Positions 39,635 to 48,794 of a stretch of DNA of 64,000 nt are shown in pieces (position 1 is the first letter of the stretch; every line of letters begins with the position of its first letter). Position numbers and translations under genes: made by a program. Under the pieces are notes generated by a model. The model did not search any database. It saw nothing but the letters and a program-made list of their open reading frames with translations, and was not told the DNA's origin. The DNA is taken from NCBI GenBank assembly GCA_035548055.1, contig DASZTL010000078.1, positions 988 to 64,987 of the forward strand, given 5' to 3'. The DNA comes from Mycobacteriales bacterium. GTDB taxonomy: Bacteria; Actinomycetota; Actinomycetes; JAFAQI01.

Positions 39635-41452
39635 TCAGCTTTGGTCGATCTCACCGATCACCTGGGCGCCCAGGCCGTCCTGGAGCAGCGCCAGTGCGGC
39701 GGCTTCGGGATCCGCCTCAACGCTGTCCTCTAGATCGTCGGAGTCCTCGATGTCATCCGCCGACATCTCCGGCACCGTGCCCGTAGCGGGCTCGGGTGAG
39801 GAGCCAGTAGAGCGAGGAGCGGGGGCACCGCCGCCGGTCGCGGTCACCCGCAGGTCGATGCCGACCACCTCTTTGAGCGCCTGGGTCAGTGTGGGTGCGA
39901 CATCAGCGGCGAACCGACTGGCGAGCGACTGGCTCGAGAAGGCGACAACAAGATTGTTGCCGTCGAGCGATTCGATCTGCGACGACATCATCAGCGCGTG
40001 CGCGGTCCGGCTCTGCGTCTTGATGGCGTCGAGCACGCTGTCCCACAGGCGCCTCAACGCAGGGAGGTCGATCGCGCCCGGCGCGGCTGCGGGCACAGCG
40101 GCTTCGGGCTCGGCCGGGGGTCCGGGCTCGACCGCGGCCGGCACAGCACGCGCGACCGGTGCAGGCTTGCCTTCTTGCACCATCGGTGCAGGCTCCGCGA
40201 CCGGCTCCGGCCTCACCGGCGCAGCGACCCGTTGCTCGACGGTGGCTGTCGGAGCCGGTGCCGGCGCGGCGGTTGCTGCGGGCTGTGCGGTGGCTGACAC
40301 CCGCTTCTCCAGCCGATCCAGGCGGGCGAGCAGTGCAGCGGTGTCATCGGTCGCGGCCGGCAGCAGCACCCGTGCGCAGGCGAGCTCCAGCACCAGCCGC
40401 GGCGATGTCGTACCTCGCATGTCGACGAGGGCGGTCGCCATGACGTCAGCGGCATGAGACAACGCGGCCCGACCGAGCTGCGATGCCTGCCCGCGCATTC
40501 GATCGAGGGCATCCGTGGGCGCGTCGATCAAGCCCGCGTCCGCAGCGTCCGGAACCGCGTCGAGGACCAGGAGGTCCCGGAAGCGCTCGAGCAGGTCCTG
40601 AGCGAACCGGCGCGGATCGAGCCCGGCTTCGATCACGCGGTCGATCGCGGCGAAGACGGCCGCGCCATCGGACATGGCGAACGCATCGACCGCGTCATCG
40701 AGCAATGCGGCGTCGGTGTAACCGAGGAGGGACAGCGCCCGCTCGTAGGTGATCAGCTCGCCACCGGAACCTGCTGCGAGCTGGTCGAGAATCGACTGCG
40801 CGTCTCGGGCCGAGCCGGCGCCGGCGCGTACGACGAGCGGGAGCACCAAGGGATCGACCTGGATGCCTTCACGGGCTGCCAGGTCGGCGAGGTGGTCGCG
40901 CATCACGTGTGGCGGGATCAACCTGAACCGGTAATGGAAGGTCCGGGACTTGATCGTCGTGAGCACCTTGTCGGGCTCCGTCGTCGCGAACACGAACTTC
41001 ACATGCGGCGGTGGCTCCTCGACCACCTTGAGCAGCGCGTTGAACGCCGCGGACGTGATCATGTGCGCCTCGTCGATCACATACACCTTGAAGCGCGACG
41101 ACACCGGCGCGAAGAACGCGCGCTCCCGCAGGTCGCGGGCGTCGTCCACCAGGCCGTGAGATGCCGCATCGATCTCGATGACGTCCAGAGAGCCCGCTCC
41201 CATCGGAGCCAGCGCAACGCACGAGTCGCACTCGCCACACGGCGTCGAGGTCGGCCCCTTCTCGCAGTTGAGCGATCGGGCGAGGATCCGGGCACTCGAG
41301 GTCTTGCCGCAGCCGCGCGGGCCGCTGAAGAGGTAGGCGTGGTGGATGCGACCGGAGTCGAGCGCAGCGCAGATCGGCTCCGTGACGTGCTCCTGGCCGA
41401 CCACCTCGGCGAAGCTGCCGGGGCGGTACTTCCGGTAGAGCGCGAGCGACAT
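39635..41452 (-). CDS. dnaX: DNA polymerase III gamma/tau subunit
   Basis: Reads MSLALYRKYRPGSFAEVVGQEHV..GPRGCGKTS..CGECDSC..VYVIDEAH... Confidence 0.9.
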   Translation of the reverse strand: MSLALYRKYRPGSFAEVVGQEHVTEPICAALDSGRIHHAYLFSGPRGCGKTSSARILARSLNCEKGPTSTPCGECDSCVALAPMGAGSLDVIEIDAASHGLVDDARDLRERAFFAPVSSRFKVYVIDEAHMITSAAFNALLKVVEEPPPHVKFVFATTEPDKVLTTIKSRTFHYRFRLIPPHVMRDHLADLAAREGIQVDPLVLPLVVRAGAGSARDAQSILDQLAAGSGGELITYERALSLLGYTDAALLDDAVDAFAMSDGAAVFAAIDRVIEAGLDPRRFAQDLLERFRDLLVLDAVPDAADAGLIDAPTDALDRMRGQASQLGRAALSHAADVMATALVDMRGTTSPRLVLELACARVLLPAATDDTAALLARLDRLEKRVSATAQPAATAAPAPAPTATVEQRVAAPVRPEPVAEPAPMVQEGKPAPVARAVPAAVEPGPPAEPEAAVPAAAPGAIDLPALRRLWDSVLDAIKTQSRTAHALMMSSQIESLDGNNLVVAFSSQSLASRFAADVAPTLTQALKEVVGIDLRVTATGGGAPAPRSTGSSPEPATGTVPEMSADDIEDSDDLEDSVEADPEAAALALLQDGLGAQVIGEIDQS

Positions 41453-41494
41453 CCCCGACCCGCCTCCCAAAATCTAGGGACGCTGAAACATTGG

Positions 41495-41582
41495 GACCCC
41501 TCGCGCACCCGCCAGAGCCCGCTTGCCCTTGCTGCCTTCCGGCCCTGGGGGAGTTGGGCGGGGTAACGCCACACGAGGGGTC
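41495..41582 (-). ncRNA. ffs: Signal recognition particle RNA (small bacterial 4.5S type)
   Basis: The minus-strand RNA has closing helix GACCCCUCG../..CGAGGGGUC and the domain IV core CAGGGCCGGAAGGCAGCAAGG (GGAA tetraloop, AGCA). It lies immediately upstream of dnaX, the usual synteny. The ends are approximate. Confidence 0.8.
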
Positions 41583-41648
41583 GCCGCCCACTGTAGTGGC
41601 GAGCTGTGACCTGCCGCGAGGTCGACTTCCCGCCCTAGAATCATCAGC

Positions 41649-41737
41649 GGAGGATTCGCCTAGTTGGCCTATGGCGCACGCTTGGAAAGCGTGTTGGGGG
41701 CAACCCCTCGCGAGTTCGAATCTCGCATCCTCCGCCA
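41649..41737 (+). tRNA. tRNA-Ser (anticodon GGA)
   Basis: Acceptor GGAGGAT/ATCCTCC, anticodon stem CACGC/GCGTG with loop TTGGAAA, long variable arm, T-loop TTCGAAT, encoded CCA. Confidence 0.95.
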
Positions 41738-41783
41738 GGAATACCCGCGTGATCTTGGGGAAGTATGCGCGTCGGCGCACCCG

Positions 41784-41810
41784 GCTAGCGCTAGCAATTG
41801 CAAGCAATTG
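41784..41810. repeat. Back-to-back palindromes GCTAGCGCTAGC and CAATTGcaagCAATTG
   Basis: Read directly from a locally AT-richer stretch between tRNA-Ser and the rpf leader. Confidence 0.6.
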
Positions 41811-41882
41811 TCCCGATATGGATCGCGTAATTTTGTTGATCTCCAAAGACTCTTGCTAACCTCAGTGCTTGCTCCCAGCAAA

Positions 41883-42737
<855 letters not shown>

Positions 42738-42763
42738 AGAGCAGGCGGGTTGCTCGCTCTACT

Positions 42764-42801
42764 CGCCCAGGCGGCGGCCGCGACGGCCACCGTCCTGGGC
42801 G
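42764..42801. terminator. GC-rich hairpin between convergent rpf and the CPBP gene
   Basis: CGCCCAGG (42764-42771) pairs with CCTGGGCG (42794-42801), with a 22-nt GC-rich loop. There is no U-tract. Confidence 0.3.
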
Positions 42802-42813
42802 GGCGGGCGAGGC

Positions 42814-44277
42814 CTAGGACACCGGCAACCCGGCCGATGCCGCGGGCTGCAACGTATTCAGCATCTTGGTGAAGTCGCTGTCGGCTTTCGGACTGCCACC
42901 GTTGATCAGCATCGCCATGTAGATCTGGTTGTTGGCCCCGAAGAAGACGTACTCCCCCTTGTACGCGGTGTAGGCGCTGAGGGAGAAGTTGATCTCAACT
43001 GCCTTGCCGACCGTCGGCAGATCGACCTCGTGAACGGAGTTCGCGTCATACGTTCCGCCGGGAAGCTCGACCGGCGTCGAGGACAACCGCTGCGCGAAGG
43101 TGTCGGCATCGAACGTACGGCCCGCAAAGGGCCCGCTGTTGAAGGCCATGACGGCGATGACGGACGCGTCAGGCCCTTGCAGGTATACCGCCGATCCAGA
43201 GGTGAAGAGCCCCGTTGCCTGGGCCGTCTCGTCCGTCCATCCGGCCGCGACCGTGACCTTCACACCGTCAACGGCGTAAGTGTGTGAGGGCCCGAGCACG
43301 ATGTACATCGCCGCGACGGTCAGCGCTCCGTTGAAGCAGAAGTGCGCGGTCATTGAGGCGATCAACCCGCGCTTGAGGTAGAGCGCGCCGAAGATGCAGC
43401 CCATCGCCGTGTAGTAGATGAGCGCTTGCCGGTTGAGGTGCCAGACAGCGAAGAACATCGAAGACACGATGAGCGCCATCGCCGCGTGGTGGCGGCGCAG
43501 CGACTCGAGCAGCAACCCCCGGAACAGCACCTCCTCCACGAGTGGAGCGGCGAGGCAGGTCAGGGCAAACGCCGCGATGATCCGGGTCGCCTCGCCGCCG
43601 CTCATCAACAGCACGACGCGCGGGTCCGACGTGACCGTCCCTGACGACGCGTGGAGCATCAACAAGATCAGGCCACCGCCACCTAGGCCGACAGCCGCAC
43701 CGATCGCAGCTCGAGCGACGGGCGAGCCCGGACCCCATCGCAGCTTGATCTTCGGGGTTATCTGGCTGACGACGATCGCCGCGACGATCGCGTACTGCAG
43801 GACGGTGAGAACGATGTCCCAGCGGATCTGGCTGTCGATGTTGCGGCTCGAGTCTCGCGAGATCGTGTAGGCGATGACCTGCATCACGATTCCGAGCCCG
43901 ATGCAGGTCGCGACGAGCGCGATTGCCCGGCCACTCAACAGGCGACCGTCGTCGAGCTCGTCGGCCGGGCCCGAGACCGGCATCGGCATCGGCAGCCACG
44001 GCGGGGCGCCGGGCGCACTTGGGCCGACCGGCACACCCCACGCTCCGGGGACCTGCGGAGGCGGCGCGGCGGCGTACTGGGTCGGCGGCGGCGGAGGCGG
44101 CGTCAGCGCTGGAGGCGGCGGGGCAGGTCCGGCCGGGGTGGCGGCTGCGGCGCCGCCTGGCAGAGCGACCCCGCTGAAGCCGCCCGCGGATCGCGTGGGG
44201 GCGAACGGGAGGTAGCACTTCCCACACCACTGAGCATCATCCGGCTCGGTGGTGCCACACTGCGGGCAGGTGGGCAC
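42814..44277 (-). CDS. CPBP-family intramembrane glutamic endopeptidase with N-terminal zinc ribbon, Pro-rich linker and C-terminal extracytoplasmic domain
   Basis: Has CPQCG..CGKC; a PPPP-rich segment; CPBP motifs EEVLFRG, FAVWH and HFCFN; and an uncharacterised tail of about 150 aa. Confidence 0.8.
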   Translation of the reverse strand: MPTCPQCGTTEPDDAQWCGKCYLPFAPTRSAGGFSGVALPGGAAAATPAGPAPPPPALTPPPPPPTQYAAAPPPQVPGAWGVPVGPSAPGAPPWLPMPMPVSGPADELDDGRLLSGRAIALVATCIGLGIVMQVIAYTISRDSSRNIDSQIRWDIVLTVLQYAIVAAIVVSQITPKIKLRWGPGSPVARAAIGAAVGLGGGGLILLMLHASSGTVTSDPRVVLLMSGGEATRIIAAFALTCLAAPLVEEVLFRGLLLESLRRHHAAMALIVSSMFFAVWHLNRQALIYYTAMGCIFGALYLKRGLIASMTAHFCFNGALTVAAMYIVLGPSHTYAVDGVKVTVAAGWTDETAQATGLFTSGSAVYLQGPDASVIAVMAFNSGPFAGRTFDADTFAQRLSSTPVELPGGTYDANSVHEVDLPTVGKAVEINFSLSAYTAYKGEYVFFGANNQIYMAMLINGGSPKADSDFTKMLNTLQPAASAGLPVS

Positions 44278-44355
44278 GCGCTCCCATCGGCTCGACGATC
44301 AGATTCCTTGACGGCCATCCGGCCCAGCCGAGAGAGCCGAGCGCCGGTACCGCGG

Positions 44356-45084
44356 TCAGGCAGACGACTCCGTCGACTCGCGTGGGACGACGACGACGCC
44401 GGCGACTTCGTCGACGTGCGGATAGAGGGCCGCGAGCAGCGAGAGGCCGACCGCGGCACCGGCGAGCTGCGCTCCGATGAAGCCGGGCGCCGATTGCGGC
44501 GCAATGCCGGCGAAGCTGTCGCTGAACATCCGCCCGACGGTGACCGCGGGATTCGCGAATGCGGTCGACGAGGTGAACCAGTACGCCGCGCCGATGTAGG
44601 CACCAACTGCCCACGGCGTCTGCCCGGTGCCACCCGAACGAGCGAGGGCGAAGATCACGAGCAAGAGGCCAGCGGTCGCAACCACCTCACCGAGCCAGAG
44701 GTGCCCGCCGCTGCGATGATGAGCCGACATCCCGGCGGCTTGGTCGAACATCGCATTGGCGAGTACGGCGCCGGCGATCCCGCCGGCCGTCTGAACGCCG
44801 ACGTACAGCACGAGATCCTTGCTGGACAGTCCGTCGCGGCGCCGGTGGCCGAGCAACCAGTCCGCGATCGACACGACGGGATTGAGATGACCACCACTAA
44901 CCGGACCGAAGACCAGAATCAGAACCGGCAACGCGAGCGCAGTCACGATCGCGTTCTCGAACAGTTCGACGCCGTGGTCCGTGGACAACCGGGCCGCCGC
45001 TATCCCCGAGCCGACCACCACCGCGACAAGCAGCCCGGTACCGAGGAACTCAGCGAGCGCTCGACGCGCGAGATTGGCGCGCAT
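44356..45084 (-). CDS. MIP/aquaporin-family channel (aquaglyceroporin-like, ars context)
   Basis: Has HLNPVVS and FANPAVT (NPV/NPA boxes). 1-nt overlap with the arsR stop (CTGATG). Confidence 0.85.
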   Translation of the reverse strand: MRANLARRALAEFLGTGLLVAVVVGSGIAAARLSTDHGVELFENAIVTALALPVLILVFGPVSGGHLNPVVSIADWLLGHRRRDGLSSKDLVLYVGVQTAGGIAGAVLANAMFDQAAGMSAHHRSGGHLWLGEVVATAGLLLVIFALARSGGTGQTPWAVGAYIGAAYWFTSSTAFANPAVTVGRMFSDSFAGIAPQSAPGFIGAQLAGAAVGLSLLAALYPHVDEVAGVVVVPRESTESSA

Positions 45085-45431
45085 CAGGCAACGAGCGTGC
45101 GGCTGAACAGCCCACCGATCGCATCGAGCGCCTCGTGATTCGCCGCGTAATAGACCCAGGTCCCCCGTCGTTCGCAGTCAACGAGGCCCGCGGAGCGCAG
45201 CACCTTCAGGTGGTGGCTGATGGTCGGCTGCGAAACGCCGAACGGGCCCATCAAGTCACAGACGCACAGTTCATCTGTCGCCGCGATAAGCGACATCAAT
45301 CGGAGCCGGGTCGGGTCGGAGAGCGCCTTCAGCAACACGACGATCCGGTCTGCCTGCTCGGCGCTCAACGGCTCGAGCCCTAGCGGCGAGCAGCACGCGA
45401 CCTCCTCGGCAAGGCGGGTCTGTTTCGACAT
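45084..45431 (-). CDS. arsR: ArsR/SmtB-family metalloregulator
   Basis: Has the ELCVCDL metal-site motif and the HTH ..VSQPTISHHLKVLRSAGLV... Confidence 0.9.
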   Translation of the reverse strand: MSKQTRLAEEVACCSPLGLEPLSAEQADRIVVLLKALSDPTRLRLMSLIAATDELCVCDLMGPFGVSQPTISHHLKVLRSAGLVDCERRGTWVYYAANHEALDAIGGLFSRTLVA

Positions 45432-45500
45432 TCGTCTATATTGACAGAAATCGAATCAGTCCTCAACCTGAACCTGTCAGCCACCGGTCTAAGGAGTCAG

Positions 45501-45971
45501 ATGTCCCGCGTGCAGCTCGCCCTTCGTGTCTCCGATCTCGACGCCGCCGTCAACTTCTACGGCAAGCTCTTCGACGCCGAACCCGCAAAGCGACGACCCG
45601 GCTACGCCAACTTCGCGATCGCCGAACCGCCGCTCAAGCTCGTGTTGCTCGAGGGAGCCGGCCAGGAGCCAACGCGCATGGACCACCTGGGGATCGAGGT
45701 TGAGACCACCGAACAAGTCGCGGCGGCGGCGCGCCGGCTCGCGGCCACCGGCCTTGCGACCGACGTACAAGACGACACCACCTGCTGCTACGCCGTGCAG
45801 GACAAGGTCTGGGTGACCGGTCCTGGTGAAGAGCCATGGGAGGTCTACACCGTCAAGGCCGACGACCGTTCGGACCTCGAAGGTCGTACCGAGGTCTCGC
45901 TCTCAGCTGTCGCCGGCGACGGAACCTGCTGCGCGACCGACGCCAGTGGGGACACAACCTGCTGCGGTTGA
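45501..45971 (+). CDS. ArsI/CadI-family glyoxalase-fold metalloenzyme (possible C-As lyase)
   Basis: Reads MSRVQLALRV..PGYANFAIAEPPLKLVLLE..DHLGIEVE..TTCCYAVQDKVWVTGPG.., with two further C-terminal CC pairs. AAGGAG lies upstream of ATG 45501. Confidence 0.85.
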   Translation: MSRVQLALRVSDLDAAVNFYGKLFDAEPAKRRPGYANFAIAEPPLKLVLLEGAGQEPTRMDHLGIEVETTEQVAAAARRLAATGLATDVQDDTTCCYAVQDKVWVTGPGEEPWEVYTVKADDRSDLEGRTEVSLSAVAGDGTCCATDASGDTTCCG

Positions 45972-45984
45972 TCGGCAGTGTGCG

Positions 45985-46893
45985 TCAGTCGGGCTTGACC
46001 GCCGGAGATCTGCCCGTCTTGGCGGAGCCCTCGAGGAGAGGTCGGTGGGAGTGCAAGGACAGGAATCGCTCGGGATGGACCCGAGTGGTGCCGCCGCTGT
46101 CGAGCCACTCGAGGGTCGACCTTGACGCCCGCCCGATGAGCTCACCGGCGTGGTCGAAGTCCATCGATGAGACGGCGAGCGGACAAAGGGGTGGCAGGAC
46201 CCGCACATCGATGCTTTCTGCGAAGGCGGCGACTTCCAAGATCAAGCGTTGCTCGATGAGCAAGGTCAAGGCGTGCATCGCGCTGGCGAGTGCGGTGTGC
46301 GGTGGCCGATCGAGAGCGCATGCGTACCCGCTCGGCAGCACGTAGATCCGGTCGGCACCGAGTGCCACGGCCTGCGAGACGGCGGCGTTGTTCGCGACGC
46401 CGCCGTCCACGAGGTGCCGGCCCTCAATGGGAACCGATGGGAAGACGGCCGGGATGGCGGCGCTGGCCAGGACCGCCTCGACCGCTGGGCCGTGCGACAG
46501 CAGGACCTCCTGACCGCTACACGCGTCGGTGGCGACCAGGTGAACCGGCAGCGACGCGGCGCCGAGTTCGGCGTACTCAACGTGATCGCTGATCAGCCGG
46601 CGAAGCGCACCGTTGGAGCACAACGCCGGTGCTGAGTGCGCGAGCACAGCCGCCGCTCGAAGCGGGCTGATCGGGAAGACATCTTTGCGTCGCAACCCGC
46701 GCCAGATCCCCTCGAGTTCCTTCAAGGACACCCGGCTCATGCCGTGGCCCGCGACATAGGCGGCGTTGAGCGCGCCGGCCGAGGTGCCGACGAGCAGGTC
46801 CGGCTCGACGCCGCGATCTGCAAGTGCTTGCAGCATGCCCACCTGGACGGCACCGAGGCTGCCGCCACCGGACAAGACGAACGCAGTAGTCAC
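45985..46893 (-). CDS. Patatin-like phospholipase
   Basis: Has SGGGSLGAVQVG, GTSAGA (GxSxG) and VDGGV (catalytic Asp). Confidence 0.85.
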   Translation of the reverse strand: MTTAFVLSGGGSLGAVQVGMLQALADRGVEPDLLVGTSAGALNAAYVAGHGMSRVSLKELEGIWRGLRRKDVFPISPLRAAAVLAHSAPALCSNGALRRLISDHVEYAELGAASLPVHLVATDACSGQEVLLSHGPAVEAVLASAAIPAVFPSVPIEGRHLVDGGVANNAAVSQAVALGADRIYVLPSGYACALDRPPHTALASAMHALTLLIEQRLILEVAAFAESIDVRVLPPLCPLAVSSMDFDHAGELIGRASRSTLEWLDSGGTTRVHPERFLSLHSHRPLLEGSAKTGRSPAVKPD

Positions 46894-46947
46894 TGCAACC
46901 CAGCGAACACCCGGCGTTCTCTTGGGTCAAGTTGACTCAGTTTTAGA

Positions 46948-47631
46948 ATGAGGGTCGTGGACGACCAGACGTTCAACCAGGTGAGCGGGATCGCTGCGCT
47001 CGATCACCCGGTGAGCCGCGCGGCCTACCAGCTGGTGGCCGACCGCGGCCGGGTGAGCAGGGACGCCGCCGCGACCGCCCTCGACGTGTCTCGCGCAGTC
47101 GCCGCCTTCCATCTCGACAAGCTGGTGGCGGCTGGCCTGCTCGACGCGAGGTTCGAGCGCACCAGTGGGCGCTCCGGCCCAGGGGCGGGACGGCCGTCGA
47201 AGCTCTACGGGCGGTCAGCCAGGGAGATCAACCTGTCGCTGCCGGCGCGGCGCTACGAGATGGCTGGAACACTGCTCGCCGACGCCGTCGCCCGCGCGGA
47301 CGCGAGCCAGATCCCGGTCAAGCGGGCGCTCGCGCAGGTTGCCCGCGAGTCAGGACACGACGTGGCAGACAAGGTCGCCGGGAAGTCCCGGGCCCGCGAC
47401 GCGCTCATGGAAGCCCTGCGGCAGCACGGATATGAACCACGCAAGCGCGGACGAGAGATCGCACTGCTCAACTGTCCGTTCCATGCGCTTGCCGAACAGC
47501 AGCGCGACCTGGTCTGCGGGATGAACCTCGAGTTCCTGTCCGGCCTGTTGGAAGGGATCTCCGGCGCCAAGTTGACCGCCCGGCTCGCGCCGGAGCCGGG
47601 CTTCTGTTGCGTGCGACTGACCGCCCGCTGA
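46948..47631 (+). CDS. Winged-helix (ArsR/MarR-like) transcriptional regulator with Cys-containing C-terminal domain
   Basis: Has ..VSRAVAAFHLDKLVAAGLL..GRPSKLY.. and C-terminal ..NCPFHALAEQQRDLVCGMN... Divergent from the patatin gene. Confidence 0.7.
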   Translation: MRVVDDQTFNQVSGIAALDHPVSRAAYQLVADRGRVSRDAAATALDVSRAVAAFHLDKLVAAGLLDARFERTSGRSGPGAGRPSKLYGRSAREINLSLPARRYEMAGTLLADAVARADASQIPVKRALAQVARESGHDVADKVAGKSRARDALMEALRQHGYEPRKRGREIALLNCPFHALAEQQRDLVCGMNLEFLSGLLEGISGAKLTARLAPEPGFCCVRLTAR

Positions 47632-47663
47632 CCAAACGCGATGTCTTCTAAAAGCGGGAGATA

Positions 47664-47692
47664 TTGACTTTAGATAGCGCCGGTTCTAACGT
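47664..47692 (+). promoter_or_regulatory. Candidate sigma-70-type promoter for the lipoprotein gene
   Basis: TTGACT (47664-47669), a 17-nt spacer, then TAACGT (47687-47692). The stretch is AT-richer, with CTTTAGA repeats on either side. Confidence 0.35.
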
Positions 47693-47748
47693 CCCCTCAC
47701 ATTGTCTTTAGAGATGGGTCGCTTTCGGCCCACCCGAGGGAGGGCCCA

Positions 47749-48453
47749 ATGCACGAAAGGTCGTACCGCGCCACCCGTCTCCTGAGCGGCGCCGCGGGGG
47801 TTGCGATCGCAGCCACAGTGCTCGCCGGGTGCGGCGGAGCCGCAGCCGGAACCACCATCACCACTACGACAGCTGGAGCCGCCCACACGTCGGCGGGACA
47901 GGCCGTGAGCACTGACAAGAGCGTCGCGCTCCATTCCGCCATGCGACAGCTTTGGCAGCAGCACATGGAATGGACCTACGCCACCGTCGATGCGTTCTTC
48001 CACAACCAGAAGGCGCTGTCGCCCACTCTCAAGCGGCTACTGGCTAATCAAACCGATATCGGTGACGCGATCGCCCCGTACTACGGAACAGCCGCCGGGC
48101 ATCAGCTGACCAAGCTGTTGAAGACACACATCAACGAAGCCGTACCTGTCCTGCAAGCCGCTAAGGCGGGTAATGCCACGAAGCTCGCCAAGGCGGAGGC
48201 CGCCTGGTATGCGAACGCGAAGCAGATTGCGGACTTCCTCTCCGAGGCCAACCCTGACAACTGGCCGAAGTCCGCAACGGAGCCGATGCTCAAGGCGCAC
48301 ATCACGCAGACGACCGCCTACTCCGTTGACCTTCTCAAGGGCCACTACGCAGCCGCGATCAAGGCCTACGACAAGGCCGAGCAGCACATGCTCATGCTGG
48401 CGGACATCGTCTCCGACGGGGTGATCGCGCAGTTCCCGCAGCAGTTCGCCTGA
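47749..48453 (+). CDS. Helical lipoprotein of unknown function
   Basis: Has a signal peptide with lipobox VLAGC. The rest looks all-alpha, with no family recognised. Confidence 0.65.
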   Translation: MHERSYRATRLLSGAAGVAIAATVLAGCGGAAAGTTITTTTAGAAHTSAGQAVSTDKSVALHSAMRQLWQQHMEWTYATVDAFFHNQKALSPTLKRLLANQTDIGDAIAPYYGTAAGHQLTKLLKTHINEAVPVLQAAKAGNATKLAKAEAAWYANAKQIADFLSEANPDNWPKSATEPMLKAHITQTTAYSVDLLKGHYAAAIKAYDKAEQHMLMLADIVSDGVIAQFPQQFA

Positions 48454-48461
48454 CCGAAGCT

Positions 48462-48499
48462 CCGGCCGGCGAGCCGTTCCCCCGCAGCTCGCCGGCCGG
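48462..48499 (+). terminator. Perfect 13-bp GC hairpin after the lipoprotein gene
   Basis: CCGGCCGGCGAGC (48462-48474) pairs with GCTCGCCGGCCGG (48487-48499), with a 12-nt loop. There is no U-tract. Confidence 0.45.
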
Positions 48500-48658
48500 C
48501 ACCCTGAAGCCTTGTTCCGACCTCGACATCCGAGTCCTCACGAGCACCGGAGAACTCATCCGTGAACTGGTGTAGACCCTGCCCGGGACCACCAACCACA
48601 GGCAGAACGTGAACGATGTCCCAGGACATGTGTGAACCATGTCCCGAGACATCGCACT

Positions 48659-48748
48659 TGGCGGTGGCGGTGGGATTTGAACCCACGGAGGAGTTGCCCC
48701 CTCACACGCTTTCGAGGCGTGCTCCTTCGACCGCTCGGACACGCCACC
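48659..48748 (-). tRNA. tRNA-Ser (anticodon CGA)
   Basis: Reverse-strand cloverleaf: acceptor GGTGGCG/CGCCACC, anticodon stem CACGC/GCGTG with loop CTCGAAA, long variable arm, T-loop TTCAAAT, encoded CCA. Confidence 0.95.
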
Positions 48749-48794
48749 GGCGAAGAGCCTAGCCCGACCGACCACCACGAGAATCCGTGATCGT

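Noticed and set aside
39635-41452. Programmed -1 frameshift site in dnaX (gamma/tau, as in E. coli)
   Set aside because: No A-rich slippery heptamer (A AAA AAG type) is visible in this GC-rich gene. There is nothing to support frameshifting from sequence alone.
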